Positions 43,332 to 57,874 of a DNA stretch of 64,000 bases are shown here, piece by piece. How positions within the stretch are numbered: the stretch's first letter is position 1; the number at the start of each line of letters is the position of its first letter. The DNA is taken from assembly GCA_951406725.2 (NCBI GenBank), contig OX597836.1, positions 8,556,001-8,620,000 on the forward strand, read 5' to 3'. A program made the position numbers and the translations under genes. The stretch is from Octopus vulgaris (taxonomy: Eukaryota). A model generated the notes under the pieces. That model did not search any database. It was not told the origin of the DNA and saw nothing but the letters and a program-made list of their open reading frames with translations.

Positions 43332-43630
43332 TAATAATAATAATAATAAAAAAAGAAGAAGAAGAATGGTGATGATGCTGATGGTACCGATGCTGTTGGA
43401 GGTGACGGTGACGGTGATGATGATGATGATGACGATGTTGGTGGTGGTGATGGTGGTGGTGGTGGTGACGGTGATGATGATAACGCAAGACTTGGAAAAA
43501 AAAACAAGATGGACGAAAAGAAAACGATATTCCTTAATGTCAGTATTTAAAGATTAATGGATGGTCCTTAATTATAAATAAATGTAAATGCATAGTATCT
43601 TAGTTTGGTGCGTGTTTGTGTTCAGGTATG

Positions 43631-43725
<95 letters not shown>

Positions 43726-43964
43726 ATATATTTATGGATGTATGCATATATATATATATATATATATACGTCTGTGTGTGCGTCTGGTTGTGTGTTGTGT
43801 TGTATATGTTTTTCTACATATATATGGAAGCATTGACGCATAATCGTTTCCTTACTCGAAGAGCAAGGTAAAACGACGCAGAAACCGATATTCGTGTAAG
43901 AAACGTACCTGCCTGTGTACATATTATACATCCATCCATACATACATACATACAACATATATGC

Positions 43965-44075
<111 letters not shown>

Positions 44076-44203
44076 AGTATGTATATACCCTGACAGTTAT
44101 ATTGGTTATTAAAATTGATATTTAAAGATGATATTACTATAGACGTAATATTAACTATACATAAATACTCATATCCATATGTACATATATGTTGTATATA
44201 TAT

Positions 44204-44248
<45 letters not shown>

Positions 44249-44293
44249 TATATGTATATATATATATGCATACACACACACACACACATACAT

Positions 44294-44361
<68 letters not shown>

Positions 44362-44548
44362 GCGTGTGTGTATCATTATAGTTTAGCATGTAAATAAACA
44401 CGAATAATTTCAAAGCATCGCGTCAATGACCGAAAACAACGGCTGCAAATTAATAAGAAACAAAACAACAACAACAACAACAACAATAACAACAATAACA
44501 ATAGCAATAATGATAATAATAATAATGATAATAATAATAATAATAATG

Positions 44549-44595
<47 letters not shown>

Positions 44596-45779
44596 TGATA
44601 AAGTATCCGCGCAGTGAAAGAGTTAATGAAAAACGTTGGAGCTCATTTATGTAAAGTGTATGTAGAGTTCTTTATTAACCGTTCTTGGCTTGATTAAATG
44701 TTCCATAATGTAGCCTTGGTTCGAGATTCTGAAATTCGGCAGTCTTTTAGTTTGTTTTGAAAGTGTTTATTTAAAAACCAAATTGTTTCATGAATGTTCT
44801 CCATTTTTGCTTTAATCTAATACAGTCATTTTTTGGTTTGTTTTTGTTATGTAATTTTTATTGCTGTTGTTGATGTTGTCGCTGTTGATGTTGCTTTATT
44901 ACGGGTCAACTACGATCCAGCAGACGTTATGATCAAAAAACTGTTCCAGTCTTGATCAGTTCATCTTTGTTTTTTCTTCTGTTTTATGTATTAAGGAATA
45001 GCTTATCTTGGAATACATTATCCAATGTGTCTTCAATTTTTTTCTTATGAAGACAGAATATGATTTTAAGAAGATTTGGTGGTTGTTTCGCGTAGGTCGA
45101 GTGACAGTACTGATACTACATACGCACTGGATCGTATACTTAATAACAGCCAGAAATCATGGAGGTTGTTGGCTCTTGAGTGCACTTCAGCATTAAAAAA
45201 AAAACACCGAGTGGTATTCGGGAGTCGTCAGAAGAACAAATCTCTCCAGCATTGTTACTCGGAGCCAAAGCAGTGATTTAAGAACTCCTTCTTCTAAACA
45301 CAAGCACTTGAGACAGTGAAAGTTACTAAAAACAAAAACAACAACAACAGGAAGCTCTTCCAGGCAGCAGTGAGTGTCGCCTCTTCACGTATGAGGATAG
45401 GAATGAAATGGAGGTCGAAGTGAGCTGTGATAAAAGACTCCTCTCACACGAAGTAATATGGAAAAGGTTTCAAAAACTACAAAGGAGAAATGCGTGGCGC
45501 TATCCAGTGAGGAGTTCCTCTTTTATAAAGCGGGGATAGTTGGTAACAAAAATTGTGAAATACTGTATTCGCCGCTCTCGCCTTCACTTCTGGATTGATT
45601 TCGTTTCGCCGTACTCTGAGGTATATTGTGCTTTCTTTTCTTAACATTCTACGTCTCCAAAATATTCTTTCGCAAAAGAAAAACCGCTCCTTCTGGCATT
45701 TAAACAACACACATATGATAAGTTTGTGATATTAATACTGTTTACATTATTTAGTCGCTTCTATTGTATAATTTCAATA

Positions 45780-46129
45780 GGCGTAGGAGTGGCTGTGTGG
45801 TAAGTAGCTTGCTTACCAACGACATGGTTTTGGGTTCAGTTTCACCGTATGGCACCTTGGGCAAGTGTCTTCTACTATAGCCTCGGGCCGACCAAAGCCT
45901 TGTGAGTGGATTTGGTAGACAGAAACTGAAAGAAGCCCGTCGTATATATGTATATATATATATATGTGTGTATGTGTGTGTGCATGTTTGTGTTTGTCCC
46001 CCCTAGCATTGCTTGACAACTGAATAAGTACTAGGCTTACAAAGAATAAGTCCTGGGGTCGATTTGCTCGACTATAGGCGGTGCTCCAGCATGGCCACAG
46101 TCAAATTGACTGAAACAAGTAAATGAGTA
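45780..46129 (+). mobile_element. SINE family B with internal deletion
   Basis: Matches 38223-38634 but lacks the CGATGCTGG..GGTTCGGC segment. Confidence 0.9.
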
Positions 46130-47083
46130 TGTACACACACACACATATGCACGCATCCCCCCGCACGCATCACACACTCATTACACACACACACATATGC
46201 ACGCATCCCCCCGCACGCATCACACACTCATTACACACACACACATACCAATAGATATAAAAATATGTATACAACAGACTTCCAGACATTCCCCACCAAT
46301 CAAATCAATTCACAAGGTATTGCTTTGCGCAAGGTGTTGCACAGCGGGATCGAACCCGAAACCACACATGTTTCTAAAAAAACAAGCATTTTAACCACAC
46401 AGTACTACGGTAGGAATTACGAAGCAAGAACTACTGTCAACAAACGCTGGATTATAGCGGAGAGTGGTTAACGAACAAATATTTAGGGTTTAGAATTTAC
46501 AATGAAAGACGGGGGAGGAGAAAAAGGGCCAACGTCGATTGCTGCTGAGATAATGGGATACAACGGAATAGGGTACTAAGAAAAAGCTCTTGAAAGTAAT
46601 TGTAAGAAATAAGGAATTTACTATTAGAATGCTGTGTCGTCTGGAGACTGTGTTATCTCCGCAGCAGATGAATGACGGTATTTATTTGTATTCTTCTTAT
46701 TGTTTTTTTTTTATTGTATACACGTATTTTTTTTTTTTTGGGGGGGGGGGGCTAAGTCTCATTTCTGACTTGTTTTGTATCGTTCCTTTTTATAGTTTTC
46801 TGATCGGCCCTTCTGGCCAATAAAGTAAAGTTCATCATCGTCATCGTCGTCGTCATCATCATCATCAATGTCGTCGTCGTCGTCATCATCATCATCATCA
46901 TCGTCGTCGTCGTCGTCATCGTCGTCGTCGTCGTCATCATCATCATCATCATCATCGTCGTCGTCATCATCATTACTGAGGCGGCGAGTTTTAAAGGAAA
47001 GTTCATCTTCTTCATCATCATCATCATCATCATCATCGCCATCGTCATCGTAGTCATCATCATCATCATCATCATCATCGTCG

Positions 47084-47137
<54 letters not shown>

Positions 47138-47937
47138 TCATCATCATAGTCATTCTTCTTCTTCTTCTTCTTCTTCTTCTTCTCCTCCTCCTCCTCCTTC
47201 TTCTTCTTCTTCTTTTTCTCCTCCTCCTCCTTCTTCTTCTTCTTCTCCCTTCTTCTTCTTCTTCTTCTTCTTCTTCTTCTTCTTCTTCTTCTTCAATTCT
47301 TCTTCAATTCTTCTTCAATTCTTCTTCTTCTTCTTCTTCTTCTTCTTCTTCTTCTTCTTCTTTTGTCAATATCGTATACCATGTAAACTGGCATTTACTC
47401 TTACCTTTTTTTTTACCATTCCATTCTACGTAAATCCCTGCACTTTGTCAGTTTTTGTATTGTCCTTCTCATCCGTCACCCTGGTGGCAAAGAAAAGAAG
47501 CCACCACCACCACCACCATCATCATTACTATTATTATAGCTGTTATTATTGTTATTGTAGTTGTAGGAGTTTTATCGTTGTTGTTGTCGTTGTTGTTGCT
47601 GTCGCCGCTGTCGCTAATTTGTTAAGTGTTGTATGTGCGTGGGTAAAGTATTGCCTACATGTGTAGTAATTGCTAACACATGTGCGTGCGTGCGTGTGCG
47701 CATGCGCGTGTGTGCGTGTGAGTGTGTGTGGGCCAATGAGGTGCTAAAGTACAGTAACAGGGACAGTGCCTTTTGTACTTTTCCGTTGTGTACTCACACT
47801 TTGTGTCAGGTGGTATTGTAGATAACATCTGTTCTTTGGAAAAACACGTATGTATATGTACACAGGCACATACTTACAAGCATATATACATATATATATG
47901 TATACACGTATATATATATATATATATATATATACAC

Positions 47938-48004
<67 letters not shown>

Positions 48005-48752
48005 TATATTCGTCGATAGAAGGCTGAATATCACCTGACGAAATGGTGCGGCTATGCAATTATGCTTAATTACGTAATATTATATGATGTATTATGGATC
48101 GGACCTTTGGGAATAGTACCAAAAGGCGTTCTTAAACTTTATGACCAAATGTAAGGGAACATAAAAGAGCAAGAACTACAATACATTGTTCTCATGGGTA
48201 TTGTCGAAATTCTAATAAAAATATTGTCAACTTGAAAATACCTGATTCTCTTAAAAGTCGTTCAAAACCGAAATACTACAAGTTTAACAGAGTCTAACTT
48301 CTGAGATTCTGGTTGCCTTCTACAATATATCATTACTAACCCCAAATAATACCTATTGTAAAATGTCTGTCTTACTTTTACTTGAAGTCTCTGGGTAACA
48401 ATTTGGAACAGATCGTATAAACAGAGCAGCAATTATGTAAACAATAATAATACACACACACACACGGACATACACACACACACACATACACACACATATA
48501 TGTATATATATGCATATATATATATATATGTGTTTGTGTGTGTATGTATTTATGTATGAATCACAGTCTGACGACGGCTAGCGAGCTACTGCTTCGAAGT
48601 TACTATTGACCCCTCTTCATGTAAAATTTTAATGAACATGTACCCAACTAAATCTATTGATTAAATCTTTAGTTTAAGGTTACGTTGCTTTAATATACAA
48701 CTTCATATAAAAACAAACAATAATCTATCTGTTTGTCAGTCTGTCTATCTAC

Positions 48753-48840
<88 letters not shown>

Positions 48841-48881
48841 TTGCATACCTAGCTATTCATTTAACTTCCTAGCTACGTGTG

Positions 48882-48919
<38 letters not shown>

Positions 48920-49042
48920 CATACATATATATATGTATGTATATTTATATGTATGGTATGTATATATACATATATACATGTATATGTGTATTATATATAA
49001 AAATATACATACATACATACATGCATATATATATATGTATAC

Positions 49043-49108
<66 letters not shown>

Positions 49109-49110
49109 AC

Positions 49111-49169
<59 letters not shown>

Positions 49170-49634
49170 CATATATATATTGACAAAAGCGGACCTCCCA
49201 AATTACAACTCTGTCTCCTCTGTCTCACTCCCTAAGTATCATACACATGTATATACATACAATCACATATACATATATATAAATATGTGTGTGTGTGTGT
49301 CGGCCAAGCTGGACGCCTTAATTGTCTGCGAACACGCAGAAATTCTGAACAAGTTGCCGTGTACAGCAGCAGTTATCGGCCGTGTTACAGCTGATCTCAC
49401 ACATTAGTAGCTAACTGATGAGCACCGACCTGTCACTTTGTACCCGGGAATCACTATCACGTGCATTCTTTTATTCTGTTACTTGTTTCAGTCATTTGAC
49501 CGCGGCCATGCTGGAGTACCGCGTTTAGTCGATCAAATCGACCCCAGGACTTATTCGTTGTAAGCCAAGTACTTATTCTGTTGTCAACCATGTGGTTGGT
49601 AAGCAAGCTACTTACCACACAGTCACTCCTACGT

Positions 49635-49663
<29 letters not shown>

Positions 49664-49667
<4 letters not shown>

Positions 49668-50312
49668 TGAATTCGCCTTAAATGGTCCCTTTGCATACTG
49701 AACACTTGGTGAAATTGATTAATAATTAATTAATTTTACCCTCAATTGTTGAAATTATAATTAATCTCCCTCTAATTAATGCTTCGGATTTTACCGAAAT
49801 AAGCATAGTGTTTGCTGATTTTAACCCACGCTGGTGGAAAGGGGAGAACAGAAATTCTTCGCTTGCATATTTGAGTTTGTTGGCACTGTTAGTTACGAGC
49901 AGATCTTCGAAAGCGATGAGAAGCCGAAAGGGTATGCTCTCACTTTCAGTGTTTTCAAATCCAAACCAAGGAGTTTCTGAGCTGATGATAGAAGTGTCGT
50001 GTTGACTAATCTTGAAACGTACGTTCTCAAATAACCTTTGCATTTGATTTTTTGATGTCTTTACCCCCAAACTTTCGTGAGTTGAGTTGAGCAAACACTA
50101 TATGAGAGAGGTTTTCTTTAAGTATTAGAAATAGTTTTTAAAAAAGTTTTTTAGCTGCTATTTCTAATGAGTTCAGTATGCGGCAAAGTAATTTATTTTA
50201 CTAAGCCCTTTTATATAATGTAATAATTTGAATTCGCCTTAAATGGTCCCTTTGCATACTGAACACTTGGTGAAATTGATTAATAATTAATTAATTTTAC
50301 CCTCAATTGTTG

Positions 50313-50315
<3 letters not shown>
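49664..50315 (+). mobile_element. 561-bp unit with 91-bp terminal direct repeat, inserted in (TA)n and carrying a hammerhead (pLTR/retrozyme-like)
   Basis: 49664-49754 equals 50225-50315; (TA)n on both sides; hammerhead motif at 49978-50029. Confidence 0.75.
49978..50029 (+). ncRNA. Type-I hammerhead motif with 8-nt palindromic stem III
   Basis: UGAG-CUGAUGA-UAGA..GUC(GUGUU)GAC..UCUU-GAAA-CGUACG-U-U/CUCA. Core intact, stem II imperfect at its base. Confidence 0.68.
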
Positions 50316-50361
<46 letters not shown>

Positions 50362-50424
50362 ACACCATGATAGACCGTTAGCTCCTACACGCATTTTTTT
50401 CTCTCCTTGTTTTTTTTCTGTGTA

Positions 50425-50462
50425 TCTTTCTGTCGAAGAGCGTAGGCTCGAAACGTAAAAGA
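50425..50462 (+). ncRNA. Minimal hammerhead motif with core variant (CUGUCGA)
   Basis: UCUUU-CUGUCGA-A-GAGC(GUAG)GCUC-GAAA-CG-U-A/AAAGA. A6 is replaced by U. Lies in a ~190-bp insert (50358-50550) related to 24506-24698. Confidence 0.6.
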
Positions 50463-52146
50463 CTTGCTCTATTTCTATTCCTGAGCGCCATACATTTGTT
50501 TGTACTCCACCTGCCTTCGTCTTTTGTTTATTTTCGTAAACCTTCCCGTTATATAAATATATATATTGATGTCTTTTCTGAAATTTTGAGGCAGAGGGCT
50601 AGTCGATGACAACCCCCCCCAGTGCTCCACTGTTACGTATTTTATCGATCCTGAATGGATGGAAGGTAAAGTAAACCTCGGCGGAATTTAAACTTGTTAA
50701 AGACGGATTAAAAGTCATTATGTGTTTGATCCGGCCGCTAGCAATTCTGCCAGTTCGCTGGCACAATAATAATAATGATTTCAAATTTTAGCACAAGGCC
50801 AGAAATTTCAGGATATGAGGTAAGTCGATCACTTCGAGCCCCAGAGCTCAACCCGTACCCGTTTTATGAACCCTGAAAGTATGAAAGGCAAAGCCGACCT
50901 CGGAGGGATTTGAGCTCAGCGAATGAAATCAGATGAAATGCCACCAAGTATTTTCGTCCGGCGTGCTAATGGTTCTGCCAGATCTCCGCCTTTAGGCCTC
51001 TGGAAAACTCAAAAGGAAAACTCTTTCTCGGCGCTATTTGAACCCAGGACGTAGAGGAATAAACACCACTAAATTTACCTTTAGATACTCAATAAATTTT
51101 TCCCTCTCACTCTCTCTCTCCGGCCATGCGACACTTTGGGCTGGAGTACATGTTACCAGGAGCGCTGAAGGGCAATCAAGCATACACACACACACACACA
51201 CACAAAGTCATTTTCTACTTTATTTGAACCTAGAACGTAGAGAAATGCAACTAAATACACCACAAGATATTTAATTCCTATTTCTCTCTCCCCCTCCCCC
51301 TCCCGCTCTCCTTCCCTCCCTTCCCCTCTCTCACCCTTTCTCTCTAATTTTCCTTCCATCTGACCGCCATTTTTCTTCTTTCAACATCACTGAGTTTTTT
51401 TTTTCTATCTCCTCTTTACTCTTTTTCTCTTTACTTTTTTTTCTCAAATTTGATACTTCAGGTAAATAACACACGACGTAGATTTGAAAATTACAGACGT
51501 CTTCTTCGAGTAAACACACGTCAAACTAAAAGTAATAAACAAACAAACAAATAACCAACATAAATACGAAAACAAACAAGGACACACACACACACACAAA
51601 ACAAACAACGAAACGAAAGAGAATTACGTTAGACAATCATTTTAATGATATGCTCATCGAAGCCATAGCCTCTTTCTGGATGGTTGGCTTGGTTTGAGCA
51701 GACGACCGACCGACCGAGTGAGAGCATGCGAGCGAGATTAACACCGCTGAGATAATATTTCGCTTCTTATCCTGCACATACTGTTTCTTAAAACATTACT
51801 CCTTCAAAAGTAAATTCTATCTGATATTGATACCCCAGAGATCGGTCATAAAATGCCTTTTCCGCTCTTTGCACGAAACATCGAAGTGAGTAATTTCCGT
51901 CCAAATTTTTCACATTGGTGACATATATTTAAGGCCTACATCATCTTGGTAACTCATGAATTAAACTATCAAATAAAATTTTGTGAATGAAATTTTTGGT
52001 TAAGCAATTAACAGGCTTGGCGCAGGCATCGTCGTGGGATTAAGAAATTCGCTTCATAAGTACGTAGTTTCGGAGTTCGGTCCCACTGTGCGGCACATTG
52101 CCACATTGGACAAGTGTCTTCTAATATAGCCCCAGGCCAACCAATA

Positions 52147-52580
52147 GTGGAGGCACATGGCCTTGTGGTTAGAGCAGCGGACTCGCGGTCGAGGGATCGC
52201 GGGTTCAAATCTCAGATCGGGTGATGTGTGTGTTTATGAGCGAAACACCTAAGCTCCACGCGGCTCCGGCAGAAGGTAATGGCGAAACTTCTGCTGATTC
52301 TTTCGCCACAACTTTCTCTCACTCTTTCCTCCTGCATCTTGCAGCTCATCTGCGACAGACCGGCGTCCCGTCCAGGTGGGGAACCTGTACGCCAAGGAAA
52401 CCGGGAAACCGGCCCTTATGAGCCACGCAAAACACTTCATTTCACGTTGCTCCAGTCCACCCAGCTGGCAAAAATGAGTAACGCTGCGATGGACTGGCGT
52501 CCCGTCCAGCTGGGGAACACACACGCCATAGAAACCGGGAAACTGGGCCCATGAGCCTGGCTAGGTTTTAAAAGGGCGCA
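52147..52580 (+). mobile_element. SINE family C fused to a family D 3' part, nested in a SINE B
   Basis: GTGGAGGCACATGGCCTTGTGG head; the CTGCGA..GAC.GGCGTCCCGTCCAG..GAAACCGGGAAAC module occurs twice. SINE B sequence lies on both sides (52020-52146 and 52600-52670). Confidence 0.82.
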
Positions 52581-53489
52581 TATCTTATTTTATTTTTAAC
52601 TCTTCAAGGCGATGCTCCAGTATAGCCGCAGCCCGAAGCCTGAAACAGTTAAGGTTAAAAGACAAAAGATATCACGTGTCACCAGTCACGTGTCTAATTG
52701 TAAATAGCGCTGTCGGATCTCGAATACACCTATCCCAATTACCCAAACCCCACCTCAAGCAGCACTATTCCCTTCAAACGCTAATGATGTCAACGTTCTC
52801 CCTTACCAAAAGTGCATCTATTATATGGTAGGCTTTTTTTCTCTGTCGGCGTTAAAATACATTTAAGTTGCAATGTGTTTGCTTTCGTGGGCGTCCATGT
52901 GTGTAAATGAGACAGAATACAATATTTTAGATTACATTATTCATCCCGCCTGCTATTTTTTTAAGACTCTTTATGCGTAGATTGTATGAAAATAATCTTC
53001 CACCGACTTTTTTTTTCCAGTTTAAACTCGTTAGAAACTAGACGCAAAGAAAAAAAAACAGAGATATCAAAACACATGCCGACAGAAAATAAATATTAAT
53101 AATAATATTGGTTTCAAATTTTTGACACAAGGCCAGCAATTGTGGGTGAGGCTGCAAGCCGATTACATGGTCTTCCACTGCTCAGATGGTGCTTGTTTTA
53201 TCGTCCTCGAGAGGACGAAAGGCTAAGTCGACCCCGTTGACATGTAAACCCAGAACGTTAAGACGGACGAAATGCCTATTTCTTTACTACCCACAAGGGG
53301 CTAAACATAGAGGGGACAAACACGGATAGACAAACGGATTAAGTCGACTACATCGACCCCAGTACGTAACTGGTACTTATTCAATCGATCCCGAAAGGAC
53401 GAAAGGCAAAGTCGACCTCGGCGGAATTTGAACTTAGAACGTAGCGGCAGACGAAATACTACTAAGCATTTCGTCTGAAATAGATGCGA

Positions 53490-53835
53490 AATTTCTGACA
53501 AATTTAATGAAACAGAATAACTTTAATAAGCAAAACAACAAATTAGATATTTAATGTAAGGTTCTTTAAATGTAACACTAAATCCCCAGCTTAAAACTTT
53601 AGGCAAATGCTTACAACACTGCAAAACGTTTGACAAATTTAGTAGACCACACGACACATTTCTGATAAATGTAATGAGCCGAGCCATACATTTTTGATAA
53701 ATTTAATGAGCCAGACGATAAATTCCTGACAAATTTAACGAAATTTTTCTGGCAATTTTAAGAAAGTGAAAGACAAAAATTATGGGCAATTTAATGAAAT
53801 ACATAAAAAAAAAAACTTCTGATAACTTTAATAAA
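53490..53835. repeat. Degenerate ~31-bp minisatellite
   Basis: Recurrent A.ATTTCTGA(C/T)AAATTTAATGA(G/A)CC.GAC units, e.g. near 53490, 53657, 53689 and 53720. Confidence 0.75.
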
Positions 53836-54427
53836 CAAGAACAAAAAATATTCTTGATTAAAAACCACGAAACAAATAACTGGCATAGTCAAACAAATCA
53901 CATATAAATTTATGGCTACTTATTCAGACGACATAATTCTGATTAGTTTAAACCAAATCACAGATTTAAACCATACAACAAACAAAAGCCAGTTATCAAA
54001 GTATTGATCAATTTTTGCCAGACGACACAACCAGACGATACAACGTTGTCTCATTGAGCCTTCATTTTCAATGATTTCTTTTTAAGGCAAGAGTGTAGAC
54101 TTAAAACTTATGAATGGAGATTTTTATTTGACGAGAGAGCAACAGGAATAAGTTGGATTAAAATGGTGGATATTTTAACAGAGGTTTTAAAGTATATTAG
54201 TTAAGATCAGTGTCAATGTCGCGTAGATAAGCAATGGTATGCCTACAAGGGAGTCGGATTACTGAGCGTCATGTGAGTTAGATCTCCATCCAAGTTAATT
54301 CTCTTTATTTACACTTCATATATTTAATACTCAAGGGACGCCAGAAACCTAGAAAGGGATATACCTAAAAAAAAAAATAAGGAATTTCTTTAAGAGAATA
54401 AGGTACTTGTGCGTGAATGTGTGCGTG

Positions 54428-54479
<52 letters not shown>

Positions 54480-54661
54480 AAATCTTTTATTCATTTTTTT
54501 ATTTCAGTCATTTGATTGCGGCCATGCTGGAGCACCGTCTTTAGTCGGACTTATTCCTCGTAAGCTTTGTACTTATTCTTTTGCCGAACTGGTAAGTTAC
54601 GGGGATGTAAACACACCAGAATCGGTTGTCAAGCGATGGCTGGGAAACAAACACACACACA

Positions 54662-54695
<34 letters not shown>

Positions 54696-54707
54696 TACAT
54701 ACATACA

Positions 54708-54739
<32 letters not shown>

Positions 54740-54745
54740 CATATA

Positions 54746-55243
54746 AAATACAAAATGGGACAAGAACGCAAAACATCCAGACAGTTAGGTGATACAAAAA
54801 AGGGACAACAAAACATCCAGATAGACGATACAAAGAAAACAAGGACGGGTCATTCAGAGTTTTCTTTCCTCAGTCGAGTTCCAGATTATCTTTGCAATTT
54901 CAGCTGGTTATACTCGAGTTTGCTGCAATCTGGCCAGCCCCAAGGAAAAAATTAAGCTAAGAGCATTTAGATTCCTTGGAAGAAAGCTGCGAATGTATAC
55001 GAAAACAAGGACGGGAAAAAACGGAGAATGCTACACAAATACAAATAACAGGACATAACAACAGGTGTCTTTCGACTAAGGACAAATTAAATTAAGCTGG
55101 CGTGAGCAATCTCGAGTACAACAAGCCAAAATTGCAAAGATAATCTGGAACTCTACTGAGGAAAGAAAACTCCGAATGACCCGTCCTTGTTTTCTTTGTA
55201 TCGTCTATCTGGATGTTTTGCGTTCTTGTCTCATTTTGTATTT
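54746..55243. mobile_element. Inverted pair of a microsatellite-anchored repeat family (Penelope-like inverted arrangement)
   Basis: Arms 54746-54924 and 55105-55243 are reverse complements; the right arm lacks one 40-bp subunit. Spacer is 180 bp. A third copy lies at ~61185-61315. Confidence 0.75.
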
Positions 55244-55289
55244 AATATATATATATATATATATATCGGCGTACGTATAATTTGGTCTG

Positions 55290-55412
<123 letters not shown>

Positions 55413-56356
55413 TATAGATATATAGATAGATAGATGGGCAAACAAACAGACAGACAGACAGATAGTAGTATGCATACTGAAGTCAGTAAGTCTCCAGAAT
55501 GTCACGATGGAAACAAACATACCCGGCACCCGGTTTAACTCGTTTTCTTGTCTACTTCGAGGTTTTTTCTTTTCTTTTCTCTTCTTCATTTTGCAAGTAT
55601 TGTTAACACTCTCGATGAGAAAAAAAAAAACGGCTAATCGACCTTAGTAAAATTGCCATAAGCTATTGACCTCAGTTGAAGCGAGATCCTATTTTTTCAA
55701 AATTAACTCAAAGAAAACAAAAATATTTTATAAAGAAGGACACCAACTTGAATATTTATATTTCCTGTTGGCATGGCGTATGAGTGCGATGGCGGGACAT
55801 TGGAGGTGGTATTTCATTGTCATTTAGTAATTATGACATCTTCAAGAGGCGGGGGTAATTTTAAAAAACCATGAATCGATGTTGTACGTTATTCGATAGA
55901 CCTGTATTTGTCTATGTAGTTCCTGTACACCGTTCAATTTTTATTTTTTACTTGCTTTAGTCATTAGACTGCGGCCATACTGGTGTACTGGTTTGAAGAA
56001 TTTTTAATAGAAAGAATCGACCCCAGTGATTATTATTATTATTTTTTAAAGTCTGGCAGTTGTTTTATCGGTCTGCTTTTGCCAAACCGTTAAGTTACAG
56101 TGATCTAAACAAACTAACACCGGTTGTCAAGCGGTGGCGTAGGACAAACACAAGCACAAAGACACACACGCATATAGATATATATGTAAATATACGACGG
56201 GCTTCCTTCAGTTTCCGTCGACCAAATCCATTTACAAGACTTTGGTCAAGCCGAGGCTGTAGTAGAAGACACTTGCCTAAGGTACCACTGGCCACTCTGA
56301 GTTATCTCCCCTGCTTCATTTTTGCTTCAATTATGTGTTTAGTTGGGTACCTTGGA

Positions 56357-56388
<32 letters not shown>

Positions 56389-56504
56389 GTTTCAATGGCT
56401 TGATGTAGAGATGTATGTGGGAAATGCGTGAATGAATGTGTGTGTGTGTGTGGGGGGGTTGGAAGTGATTTGCGTGTGATGCGTCTGAGTATGTGTGTGT
56501 GTGT

Positions 56505-56569
<65 letters not shown>

Positions 56570-56757
56570 TGTGTGTGTGTGTTTGAATAGGGAGAGGAAG
56601 AATGCCACAGTTGCTACAACTGAAACGAAGGCTGAAGTATTTACTCTATGCAGGAGGTAAAAATGGGTTTGGAGTAATGCGTACATCTAATATACATAAT
56701 AATACACACATACTAGCGCCTATATATATATATATATAAATATATATACATGTATGT

Positions 56758-56834
<77 letters not shown>

Positions 56835-56839
56835 TATAC

Positions 56840-56914
<75 letters not shown>

Positions 56915-56992
56915 AACACACACATTTATATATACATATACATTTATATACATGTGTACATATATATATATGCATGCATATATATGTGTACA

Positions 56993-57058
<66 letters not shown>

Positions 57059-57110
57059 CATACGTATATATATATATATGTGTATGTATGTATGTATGTA
57101 TGTATGTATG

Positions 57111-57160
<50 letters not shown>

Positions 57161-57874
57161 GGTATGTTTGTTTCTACATATGTTTATAGGTATAGGTATG
57201 CTTTTACGTCTGTATGTGAATGCCTTTAATCCCATTTCTGAATCACATTGTGCATGTGTGTATAAGTTCACGTAAACACACACACATACACACACATATA
57301 CATTTATATAATATATAATATATACATATATATATGTACATACATATATAATATATATATGTATGTATGTATGTATTACCTGGAAAATACTAAAGTCAAA
57401 AAGCTAGAAATAATCCAACCAATGGACAGTTTAGAAGTGGCTAAGTGTACCTAGGTTCCACTTTACTTATCGATGATTATTCTTGACAAGTCAGATTTAT
57501 GAGTTCTAGGTCACAGTGTCAACAAAATGTCACGTGGTACTCAAGACCCTTTCTGGTCACCTAATTCTAGCCTAAATCATTCGAATAATTAATAAATGAT
57601 AATTAGTAGTTGGTATTTAGAATCTCATCATTAGTAAAATTAAGTAGTAATGTGTTGTTGTTTTTGTTTTTAAGAGGGCACTATGTAGCTTCTAGATTTG
57701 GTTGCTATTTCTAGTAAACCAAATTACTGCTTAGGGCAATGTTTCTTAACCCTTTTTAGCCTGTGGACTCCTTCAGTCCCCTATTTCTCTTTACTGGACC
57801 TTCATAGCCATTCGCTGTATATATAAAATTAAAATCTCAATGTATTTTTATAATTAAAAATTTATGAGGAATTG

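Noticed and set aside
42965-43557. Poly-N/D and poly-I/M ORFs
   Set aside because: (AAT)n/(GAT)n microsatellite.
48562-48610. CUGACGA..UUCGAAGUUACU
   Set aside because: GAAA box and stems are too degenerate to call.
49412-49470. CUGAUGA-GCAC...GUGC possible stem II
   Set aside because: No GAAA follows; the sequence is cut by a SINE B tail, so it cannot be evaluated.
49910-49947. SECIS-like hairpin (AUGA...AAA)
   Set aside because: No 3' GA for the non-Watson-Crick quartet, and the spacing is too short.
52672-52694. Tandem E-boxes TCACGTGTC x2
   Set aside because: Directly abuts a SINE tail and may be a short duplication; motif-only evidence.
53490-53835. CRISPR-like periodic repeat
   Set aside because: Degenerate contiguous units without unique spacers, eukaryotic context, no cas genes.
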